Below are positions 29,171 through 40,806 of a stretch of 64,000 bases of DNA, piece by piece. This stretch comes from Eledone cirrhosa (taxonomy: Eukaryota). The stretch lies in NCBI GenBank assembly GCA_964016885.1, contig OZ024740.1:171182001-171246000 (forward strand), read 5' to 3'. Positions within the stretch are counted from its first letter, which is position 1; every line of letters begins with the position of its first letter. The notes beneath the pieces were generated by a model. The model had not been told where the DNA came from, did no database searches, and saw nothing but the letters and a program-made list of their open reading frames with translations. The position numbers and the translations under genes are program-made.

Positions 29171-30091
29171 TTCTTTCTCTCTGTATATATATATACCATG
29201 GCAATTATTATATTGTCGACTAGTTGACTAAACAGTAAAATATATAAATAAATAAAAATAATTAAAGGAAATACACTTTCAATAATATAGCTTTAGATAC
29301 TTAATGTCTAAAATGAAGACGAAATGAACACGTCTAGAAGGCCTTTCATCATAGGTTCTTCGGCCAGCGCTGGCATACCTCTAAACAATATAGCTCTAAA
29401 CAGCTAAAGAAAATGTATTCAGTGAATGCAGTCTAAGCAGATAGCATGTCGACCTGGTTCTATAATGAAGCTGATAAGAAATTTAAAAAAACAAACAAAT
29501 GCTGAGCAGCATCAAGTTGTGTCGTGATATGAAATATATATGAAAACATTAACCTCTACTTTCGAACGTTAACCTCTACATCACAAAAATGTAAAAAATT
29601 TCTGTTTCAAATTTCTATAGTTCTACTGATTATATTTATTTATAACGGAGCTGATAACTACAGAGTATAACGAAATATATTTTCTGATAGTGAATCAAAC
29701 AGTAAAATAGAGATGATTTACTGTAAATCCAAAATATCCTAGAAGGAAGACCTAGTCTTGGCATTATGATGAATAACAACCTAAATTAGTGCGCCAGCCA
29801 TCTCATATCTGCATAACCAAAACATTGGTGCTTGTCACTATCCTCAAAGTTTGTAGTCCGTTATGCGTGCCATAAGTTTGCTAAGGTATTTGTGTGTGTG
29901 GATATATATATAATACATATATTAAATATTTATACTCTGCTATGTATTGAATACCTTACTTACTGTGGTTACCCCCGATTGAACCCGGGATAAACATATA
30001 TATATATATACTTATATATATACATATGCACATGTATGTGTGTTTGTGTGTGTGAGGGAGAGAGAGAGGGAGAGAGACAGAGTATGTGTTC

Positions 30092-32059
30092 CTCTATTTA
30101 ATATAGATCCCGTTAGTTTCACTATTACTGTGAAGTTACCAGTGATAGTTAGTATCTTTCTAGTCATGATATCAAAACTGTAGATTCCATCAAGTGTCTT
30201 GCTCAATATCCAAAATATTGGTACTGGAACTTGCACTGAGATATGGTCTTATTCAATACGGCATTTTTTTATGCCACTCTAGCTTTACTCGCAGCACTCT
30301 CAGCATCCGCATATGCAACATTCTTATAAAATCCAAGATACTTTTAGCATTCGTCATTTGAAGTAATGAAAATAACCAGGTCATTGTTATCTACATTTCT
30401 TATCAGATCACATATGAGCCCTTTTCCTGATCGAGCTCGATTCTTATGTTCCGTGGGAATGTTACGACCTGCTCTAAATGTCTCTTGGTTCTATGAATAC
30501 AGTTTAAGACCATTGATAAAGGTGTGTCATTAAATTTGTTCTACACTTCAGATCCTAAAGTGTAGGTTTAAGGTAATTATCTACTGATAAATGACCAATT
30601 AACCGTGAAACCTGCATAGACAACGTCTTATCTTAATCTCTGTACAAATAGAATAGCAGAATGTTCTTCACATTTGGTTAATTTTTCTCAGCGATACTTA
30701 AAAATTGGTACTTTCTTTGATCGACCCCGGAAGAACGAAATCAAAGTTAATCCTGACAGGATTTGAACTCAGAATGCAAAAGAAAAACAAAAAACAAATA
30801 CCGCAAAGGTCTTTATCCGACGCTCTACCAATTCTGCCAATCCACCACGTAAACAGGAAGGCAGAAGCTAAATACCAATCCAAGCAGCATTTACATATCG
30901 CATCATATGCCTCCGACAGAATCTACGAACCGACAAGTGTAGAAGTCCATCTGTAGAACAACAGTATCTACATGAGGCAGATATCATCTTGAGAATTTGG
31001 AAGAACCTCCTTGAGAAATATTCGTGCATGATAACCAACACGGGAAATTGCAATGAACCCATGGACAAAAAAAATCATGCATGGTTATATCGCCAGAAAG
31101 CTTCAAAGTGAGAATAATATAGACAAGCAAAGTAGTCTATCTTAGACTAACAACCGCTATACTAGCTATCACATTGAAGGACATGCTTTTGCAATTCAAG
31201 AACAGGAAATAACAACAAAATACTTGATGCGAAAAAGAGATAGTGATGTGACATGCAGATTCTGTGGCATAAATATCGAAGATACCAGCCCACATCATAA
31301 GCAGCTGTCGAAAGATGTCATCACGATACTACCTACCTATGAGGCATGTTGTAGTGGCCAAAATACTATACAATGCATTCCGTAGAAAGGATGATCCTGA
31401 GACTAAAAATATGATAAATAACAGTGATGTGGAGAACATATGTATACATAATATGGAAGAGTTCTAGTGGAATGTTCTAGTCAAAACTCCATTAAAATGC
31501 AAATATGTGGCAGAGAAAAGAAGACATGCACAATAGTTGCACAGCAGATATCAATATGATGCTAAACATTAGAAAAAAGAACATTTATGCTAAACTAACA
31601 AGTAATCTGCAGATACTCCACACTGACTATACCTTTAGGTTTTTACCTGTACTAATTGGAGCACTGGGTGTGATATGTTACTAACTACCTCAGTACACAT
31701 CTTGAGAAGTTGGGCTTCATAGAACCAGCAGGGCACAGCTAGTTAGAAGGTTATAAGTACAGTCCATTAATGGAACTGTAGAAATATGTAAAACATTTCA
31801 GAAATTCAGCATGTAGTAACTGCATATACACATGTATAGATACTGAAACATATGCACGTGTACACATATAACTCAAAGCATACTGATCCACACATGCAAT
31901 AACACCCATCCGTGCACACACATACATGCAAACACATACATACATATTTACCTAGTTGGTGTTGTCTAAATTCCAATTGAAGAATCATGTTGCTGTTAAA
32001 AACCGGCTTTCTCTCTCTCTCTAGTGATGAAAATTTATAAGGTCATAAAACCAAAAGAG
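30092..32059 (+). mobile_element. Decayed R4/Dong LINE with inverted 5' segment (~30092-30696, minus)
   Basis: Minus part encodes RT C-half remnants (LKLY, KYLG, TRKILTITGNF); plus part starts at RKQEGRSL and runs through CCHC/RLE to a 3' end followed by (CATA)n. Confidence 0.8.
30697..30847 (-). mobile_element. Older S1-type SINE at the R4 inversion junction
   Basis: A box, B box and core recognisable. Confidence 0.75.
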
Positions 32060-32145
32060 CATTCATACATACATACATACATACATACATACATACATAC
32101 ATACATACATACATACATACATACATACATACATACATACATACA

Positions 32146-35100
32146 AGGAAGTATCGAAGACAAATAACAAAGAAAGTAATCAAACTTTATTCAGTTGTAG
32201 CTACAGAAGAAACCGAAATTATAAATCGCATTTCTCTTGGAGTTGCGAACTTAATAATGATTTATTTAATTGTTATAAAATGGCAAAAAACAATCCCTCC
32301 ATTGGCTATATGAATAGAATGAAGCTACACTGGGACGAAATGCACCCAGAGCTAAATTATTTCACAGCGAAACAATTACGCCAACAAGCGACGTTTGTTG
32401 AACGTAAAAATAAGATAAATATTATTAATTGTAAGTCCCCCACAACAAACATGGAATCAACAACACGTGCTACAGATCGCCATGCTACTAGACTTCCTAG
32501 CAGCCAGGTCGAACAGCGCCTTGAAACAACTATGCCTGTACCATCTAAGTCTACCTCGAATGCTGGGGAAAACACTATCGATAATAATAATAATCGAAGA
32601 AATAATAATAATAATCGAATAAATGTGACACCACGTATACCATCCGAGTCTACCTCGACTGTTGTGGAAAATACTATCGATAATGATAATCAAAAGTATA
32701 AACAATTGAAAATTTCCCTCAACGAAATCTTCCAGAGAGAAATTAACTCATGTATAAATATCTCTCTGGCTGAACGTGTTAAAATGACAATGGTGAATAA
32801 AAAACCAAATAATGAAATACTACGTGTTATTGACGAAATAGGGGATGAATATTTACGACGGATAAAAACCCCAACATTTTGGCAAATCAACGCCTGTTTA
32901 TATGCCTTAGCAATGACAGTGAAGCATTATCTTGGTGATAGCAGAGATATTAACCAGAACAAAATACCACCAAAAATACCATCATATATAACTAAAATAG
33001 GAAAAAAGAGGGCTGACCTACGAAAAAACATAGGACATGTGATAATGCTCCTTACATGCAAACAATCACAAAAAAACCTCACTCCTCACCAACAAAGAGT
33101 GAAAAATAAAATAGAGACGATGTTTGGTAACAGTAGAACCAGAACTCTCCAATATAAGCTGATCACCCTCAAACAAGAATTGAGAGCTGTTAGCGAAAAA
33201 CGCCGATACCCGAAGAAGGTAGATGAGAGAAAAATGCTTAATAAAAGATTCAGACGAAACCAAACATCAGTCTATAGAGATATGAAGGGCAAAATAATAA
33301 GTGTCACTGAGGCCCCATCCCAGAAAGACATAGATTCCTTTTGGAGAAAAATATGGAGTGAAAAGAAGAATTTCAACCAAGATGCAGTGTGGCTAAGAGA
33401 AATCCGAAAGAACTATTGCTCCTACACTACAACAAAAACATACGAAATAAGTGAGGGTACCCTTGAGACTGTGATAGGAAAACTCCAAGATAAGAAAACA
33501 CCAGGAAGAGACCTGATTGTCGGCTACTGGTACAAAAAACTAATATTCTATCGGAGGTATCTTACTGACCTCTACCAACAAGTTCTTAAGGGAGATACAC
33601 TTATACCAGAATGGTTGACATTAGCACAAACGTTACTGGTCCCCAAGAACAAAGACACCCACTTGGCAAAAAACTACCGACCCATTGCATGCCAGAACCT
33701 GATGTATAAGATGTATACAGCCTGCCTCAACCTATTCCTCCAAGATCACTGTGAAAATAATAACATCATCACAGATGAACAAGCAGCTGGAAAGAAAAGG
33801 GTTTGGGGATGTGCTGAACAACTCCTAATCAACAAAACTGTGATGTCGGAGGTGCGACAACTTAGGAGGAATATGACTACAGTCTGGCTGGACTACAAGA
33901 AAGCTTTCGATTCTGTTCCCCACTCTTGGATGATAGAAGCCCTCCAACTTGCTAAAGTCCCAGACATTATTGTCAGAGCCATAGAGAGGCTGTCTTCTTG
34001 GGATATTATCCTAAGGTTAAAGACAGAGAGGGAGGACTCTATTTTCACTGATAAAATAAAATATTGCAGGGGTTAATTTCAAGGGGACAGTCTCTCTGTG
34101 ATATTGTTCATCTTCATTAAACCCCTTGTCCTTTCTGCTCAAGAAATGTAAGGGATACATCATTGGCTCACAGGAGGACAGAAATACGAACCTAACCCAT
34201 AACTTCTTTGTGGAAGATCTGAAACTCTATGCCAAGAACATGGATGGGATGAAGAAAAATCTTGACTGGTTACAACGTTCTCAAAGGATATAGGAATGGA
34301 GTTTGGCCAAGATAAATGCTCATACATGACTGTAAAGCGGGGAAAAACAACAACCCAATCTAGCAACATTGTCATCAATGGTCTAACTGTTTCACCGATA
34401 TCTGATGAGGACTGCTACAGATACCTGGGGATAGATGAGAACATATCCTATAATGGTATCTGTAATAAAGAACGCGTAACCAGGGAATACTACACCCGAT
34501 TAAGAAAGATCTGGTCATCGGAACTCTCTGCGCAAAACAAAACAGTGGCTCACAATGTGTTTGCTGTGCCTGTCCTAACACCAACGTTTGGAATACTCAA
34601 TTGGACGATAGACGAAATCTGAGCAGTTGATGTTGGAACTCGAAAAATATTGAACAACACCGGAAACTTCCACATCAACAGTGACATAGACCGGCTTTAC
34701 TTGAAACGTAAGCAGGGAGGCAGAGGCCTAACATCAGTCCAGACAGCATTTGAATGTCGCATCATATCTCTCCGACATCTACGAACCTCGAAGCGGAGGA
34801 GCCCGCTTCTCGAGCAAGTCTATCTGCATGAAACAGATAAGATCATGAGAGTTGGGAAGGAACTCCTTGAGAGATATTCCCTGTGTGATAATCAAAAACT
34901 CACACCCAGGGATGTCGCTCAGCAGTATCGCAGTGAATCCATGGATGAAAAACTGCATGCCCATCAGCAAAAAATCATGCATGGATATGTTGCCAGGAAG
35001 CTCCAGAGTGAGAGTAATATAGATAAGGAAAGTAATCTATCTTGGACCAACAACCGCTATATTGGCTCCCACTTTGAAGGATAAGCTTTTGCAATCCAAG

Positions 35101-35992
35101 AACAGGAGATTAGCACGAAATACCTGATTCACAAAAGAGATAGGGATGCAGGCAAAACACCTAGATGTGATAACAAGTGCAGACTCTGCAGAACTAACAT
35201 CGAGGATATCACCCATGTCATCGGCAGCTGCCCAAAGATGTCATCGCGGTACTATCTACCTATGAGGCATGATGTAGTGGCCAAAACACTGTACAATGCA
35301 GTTCGTAAAAAAGATAGCCCCGATAACAAACACATTAAAAGCTACAACAATGTGGAAGACATCCATGTACATAATATGAAAGAGTACTGGTGGAATGTTC
35401 CAGTAAAAGCCCCAATAAAATGCAGGCATAACAGACCAGATATTATATGGGACAGGGAGAAGAAAACATGCACAGTAGTGGAAATTAGCTGCCCAGCAGA
35501 TGCCAATATAATATCAAAGATTAGTGAAAAGGAGAATATTTATGCAGAACTGATGAGAAATCTGCAGATACTCCACCCTGATTACACCTTCAGATTTATG
35601 CCTGTGATTATTGGGGCACTGGGATATGTTAGTAACTGCCTCAATACAAATCTTGAGAAGCTAGGCTTCACAGGAACAGAAAGAACACAACTAGTTAGGA
35701 AATTACAAGTACAATCCATTAATGGAACAGTAAAAATATGTAAAACATTCCAAAAATTTTGCATCTAATAACTGCATATACACATGTACAGATACAAAGC
35801 ATATACACATGCACACGTACAACTCAAAACATACACATCCACACATACAATAACATCCATATCTACACATGCATACATACATATCTACCTAGTTGATGTT
35901 GTGTAAATTCCAATGAGAGAATCTTGTGTCTATGTTAGAAACCGACTCTCTCTCTATTGGTAAAACTTTGTGAAATTATAAAACCAGAAGAA
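32146..35992 (+). mobile_element. Near full-length R4/Dong-clade non-LTR retrotransposon
   Basis: N-terminal CY..GYMNRM..W motif, RT (NYRPIAC, WLDYKKAFDSVPH, QGDSLS, FVEDLKL, YRYLG), GGRGL, CRLC-H-C knuckle, RHD, HNRPDI, VVEISCP; (CATA)n both sides. Confidence 0.95.
32280..35768 (+). pseudogene. RT-RLE polyprotein with frameshifts and stops
   Basis: ORF pieces 32280-34076, 34296-34622, 34650-35084, 35238-35768; catalytic DD reads ED. Confidence 0.9.
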
Positions 35993-36025
35993 CATACATG
36001 CATACATACATGCATACATACATAA

Positions 36026-36068
<43 letters not shown>

Positions 36069-36322
36069 TACATACATACATACATACATACATACATACA
36101 TACATACATACATACATACATACATACATACATACACACAATACACACATACATGCGCACACACATACACACAAGCATGCAAATAGACGTATAAACGACT
36201 CACTCGTGTTCATATACCTATGCATTATAATATATACGATGCCATAACACACAGCACACTATAACATATAGTAAGTAGTATATGACATAACAGTAAATAT
36301 TACGCAACATATTACGATATAA

Positions 36323-36900
36323 TCTATATATATAAAACTGAGGATGTCTGTGTGTGTGTAAGTTTGAATCTCTAAAGCTAGAGAACCACCCAACCGACTG
36401 TTTTCAAACTTTACACATGTAATACTTATATTTCAGGGAGTGTTTTGAGCAAAAGAAAATTCAAGTTTTCAATGCCCTATGGACCGCATTAGGCGATTTA
36501 GCGATCTCTCTCTATAATCCTTAGTCTTTCTCTTTTTAGATAGATACATACATATAACGTTGCGCCCTTATAATATCTGTCTGTATGTCTGCATTACGTC
36601 ACTTCCTACAATTCGCTCTGCGTCCAGAATGCGCCCTTATAATATCTGTCTATGTCTGGCTGTCTGCTGCCTCCGGTTATTCCGCCACCCTTGCTCACGA
36701 CAAATCTCACACTCATTCCCCAAACAGTTGGTAAGTGCACACAACTTCTTCCTCACGTTTTAAGCCACCGTGTTGCTTACTTACGTACCACCAGACCCTT
36801 ACTTCTTTGCCAGCCGTGGTTGTGGCATTACTAAGCATAGCTAAGGCGGTTATATATTTCACAATACCTTATCCCGTGCAACGCCGGGTACCACTGCTAG
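36323..36900 (+). mobile_element. Non-autonomous Helitron (578 bp)
   Basis: A|TCTATATATATAAAA start; CCCGTGCAACGCCGGG hairpin then CTGCTAG|T end; internal direct repeat TGCGCCCTTATAATATCTGTCT. Confidence 0.88.
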
Positions 36901-37110
36901 TGTAAAATAATACAACGCAATATAATACTACATAACACACAACCACCCGAGGTGTCATAGTAGAGTACATAAAGTAAGATAATGTAACAAGGGTATACCA
37001 AAATTTAACTAGATACATAAAACCTAACGTATATAGTATGATTGTGGGGAAAAAGGTGTAGTGGTAAAACATATAAAATAAATGTGTGCAATATATACAC
37101 GTATGTATGA

Positions 37111-37145
<35 letters not shown>

Positions 37146-37147
<2 letters not shown>

Positions 37148-37266
37148 GATTCCGAGTTGTGTCGAGGGAAACCACACATAAAAACGTACTCAATACATAG
37201 GTAGAGTATAAGCATCTTTATTTGTTTATTATATAGAAATCCTGTAGAAGTCATTTCTCTCTATAT
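37146..37266 (-). mobile_element. Relative of foldback family A
   Basis: Minus tail TATACTCTACCTATGTATTGAGTACG...; short inverted remnant TCCTGTAGAAGTCATTTC on the plus strand. Confidence 0.55.
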
Positions 37267-37355
37267 AACAAAGTATAATAATATATGTGTGTATATACTT
37301 ATATGAATGTATATATATATATACATTCATATACGTATATACATACACGCGCGCA

Positions 37356-37487
<132 letters not shown>

Positions 37488-37707
37488 TTCAGGTTTGTTT
37501 GTTCACCACTGGATACAACTGGTGATTCCGTATAGTCACCCTTGATGTAATATTAGGGAGAGCACGCGACGCAATGCAACTCACCGTTCTTCGTTTGTGT
37601 TGTTGGTGGTACGAGTACGGAGTTAATTATTATTGGGCATTTCTCTCTGCTTTTCAGCCCCTTGGATTGTGTCTATTATTATATTCCTTTCTTGGATAAA
37701 TTTCGGA

Positions 37708-37765
37708 ATACTTGATGATGTCACCGGATGGATACTGAACCCGGTCATTGAAATGTCCATAGTAT
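37708..37765 (+). ncRNA. Hammerhead-like motif in a ~330-bp insertion between (TA)n runs
   Basis: ATAC-TTGATGA-TG..ACCGG...CCGGTCA..-GAA-ATG(TC)CAT-A-GTAT then AATAAA; core C3 reads T. Confidence 0.65.
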
Positions 37766-37829
37766 AATAAATCTTTAAGGAATTACACCAGTCCAGCCTC
37801 CTGTCATTTTATTATATATATATACATAT

Positions 37830-38021
37830 AACGAAGGAAGTGTGGTAAGGAACCATATGGACCATAACGCACCAGAGTACTCAATACTTAGGGTAGTAGA
37901 GTGGGTAATAGGAAAATGTTTAACCCCGACAGCAGAGATCGAACCGTTTCGGCGGCTATTTCTGGACTACAGAAATAGCCGTCGAAACGGTTCGAGCTCT
38001 GTCGTCGGGTTAAACATTTTC
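37830..38021 (-). mobile_element. Mini foldback, family B copy 1
   Basis: ~53-bp arms 37912-37964/37970-38021 plus ~80-nt tail; (TA)n both sides. Confidence 0.8.
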
Positions 38022-38072
38022 ATATATATATATATATATAGCGCTCGACAATATAGGAGCAGAAGTTCTGCT

Positions 38073-38115
<43 letters not shown>

Positions 38116-38276
38116 CAGTTGTAGTCCTGTAGAATTCATTTTTATATTAAATATTTATACTCTGCTATTTATTGAGTACCTTACTTACTGTGGTTAACTC
38201 CGATTGAACCTGGGATACATATATCTATCTATATATATACATATACATTCATATAAATATATACACACACACATGC

Positions 38277-38321
<45 letters not shown>

Positions 38322-38463
38322 ATTGGAAAACAAAGCATAGTTAGTAAAAACTCATTTAATGGCAAACGCAATTCTACTTGCAATATAATTGGTAAATTCA
38401 ATCATAATTGCTAAGACCGGACCGTGGTTTCTGATGACAAAGAAAAAATACCAATTCCCATAA

Positions 38464-38651
38464 TTATTTCTACTTTTGGCACAAGGCCAGCAAATACCCA
38501 GTACATTACTGGTACTTTATTTTATCGACCCCGTAAGGATGAAAGGCAAAGTTGACCTCGGCGGGATTTGAACTCAGAAGGGAAAGGGCCGTAACTCTAT
38601 GCGTCAAAGCATGACGTCCGCCCCTCTACCGATACTGCCAATCCACCGCCC
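38464..38651 (-). mobile_element. S1 SINE
   Basis: Full length; TSD CCAATT(C/A)CCATAATTA. Confidence 0.92.
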
Positions 38652-39207
38652 CAATTACCATAATTAAAATGGTCAATTAATAAATTAAGTCAAAATCATC
38701 GTCTTCAGTGAGCTTGTCTTACAAAAATATATACACAGCGTTGACAATATATATATATACTGAATGGTGTGCATAAAAATATGTTCAGTACTCAGTACAT
38801 CACCCCTTAAGGTAATTATCCACATTCATGTCATTAGTTTCTCTGTGTTGTTTCTCTTTTAGCTCTTTTCATTTCCAATTAGGCCGATTATGCATGGACA
38901 CAAATATGCCTACTATATCTATCTGGAAAAATTGGAGAGACCACAAATTACATGGAAAGAAGCAAAGAAAGTAAAAGCCCGACCACGACGCCTAGCGGTT
39001 TTGGCTTGTATTCCGCAAGCCATTCTAAGGGTGTACACCCTCGTCGGGATTTTACTTTCCTATATACATGTATATACATATATATATATATATCTTCCGC
39101 CTCTGTTATCTTATATAGATGTTGATATGTATGCTTATGTATCCTCCTAATATTCTTGTGACAAAGTTCTGATATTATATTTGTGTTTTACCTTTATTAT
39201 TTACACC

Positions 39208-39928
39208 GGGGTCGATAAAATAAAGTACCAGTAATGCACTGGGTAATTGCTGGCCTTGTGCCTAAAGTAGAAACAATTATTTACACCAATGTAACCGGCC
39301 TTGTGCTAAGATGAAACGATCGTAAGTGATCAAATGTTTTAAACACTCGTTGATTGTCATTTACATTGTATACACATGTGTGTGCATTTTTAGGGGTTTT
39401 TACTTTGTTTATATGTATCATACTCTAGGTGTTGCTGGAGCAACCACTTCTAGTCGGATATCCTCTAGAATTGAATATTTGGGGATTACTGAATCTACGA
39501 GCCATCTTTACTTCGAATAATGAACTAATAGAAGATGCTCTTTTTTCTATCTCCCCCACTTTCTCTATCCATTTTTCTTCCAACTTTCCTGGTGCTCTCT
39601 ATCTTTTCTTTATGGTTTGATACATTCTGTAACTAGAATTAGACACTCAATGCATCCATTTGCAAATCCTTTGTGTCTTTTTTTTAACGTAAAATAATGG
39701 TTTTTGATTTAAAGACCAAGGCCATCAATTTTTGTTGTTTTTGTTTTTTTGGTGGGGGAGGGAAAAGTCGATTAAATCGACCCCAGTACGTTACTGGTAT
39801 TTTCTTTTATCGACCCTTTAAGCATGAAAGTTAACCTCGGCGGGATTTGAACTCAGAACGTAAAGGGACGTAAGTATGCCGCGAAGCATGGTGTCTGGTG
39901 CTCTACCGATACTGCCAATCAACCGCCC
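39208..39928. mobile_element. S1 3' fragment (39208-39276 +, TSD ATTATTTACACC) and long-tail S1 copy (~39697-39928 -)
   Basis: Match to S1. Confidence 0.85.
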
Positions 39929-40471
39929 TTCAAATACTCCTATTAATAATGCCACAGAAAAAATGTGCCACACATATATTGCCTTCTATAAGTGAAATCC
40001 GGAGGTCAGCAGAAACAGATGAGCTGCGTCAACAAAGTCTACAAATATGCAGAGTTTGCCCAAACTAAAACTACATTTATCAATTATTCAACTATTAAAT
40101 ATGGATAAAAAAAATAGCAAATGACTTCTAACTCATTATAAAAATGCTAATTTAATGTATGGAATTCAGTGTATAATTGGGCAAATTGCTACTAATTTGA
40201 TGTGAGACAGGCACAATTTCTCCTGACGTTCAACTTCAATGTATGTGCTAGACCCAACGCTATTAATCCCACGTAGCGTGAGATCAGCTCCATAATACTT
40301 GAAATATACTTCTCGTGCAGGCAGAAATTAAACTGCCTTCGTTAAATGTCATTACAGAGTGATCAATATGCGCATGTGTGTGTATGTGTATGTTCTATGA
40401 TTGAGCTAATTCCCAGACAAACTTTATTTCATGTGGTTGAATAAAATATAAAAGAATATAAAATTCCAACG

Positions 40472-40509
<38 letters not shown>

Positions 40510-40510
<1 letters not shown>

Positions 40511-40779
40511 AGTGGCCTAGTGGTAAGGGTGTTGGACTTACGATGATAATTTCGTGGGTTCGATTCCTAGGTTGCGTATTGTGTTCTTGAGCAAAACACT
40601 TCATTTCACGCTGCTCCAGTATACTCAGCTGAAAATGAGTACCAGCAATAGCTGGGGGTTTAACCCTGCGATGGACTGAAGTCCAGGGGGGAGTCTTGTA
40701 CACTCAGTCGCTTCACGCCATGAAACCGGGATAAGCACCGGCCAAATGAGTCTTTTGGCTTAAGACAGACTTTAGACTT
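40510..40779 (+). mobile_element. S2 CORE-type SINE
   Basis: Homologous to 13701-13976. Confidence 0.85.
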
Positions 40780-40806
40780 TAGATATAAATATATATGCGT
40801 GTGTGT

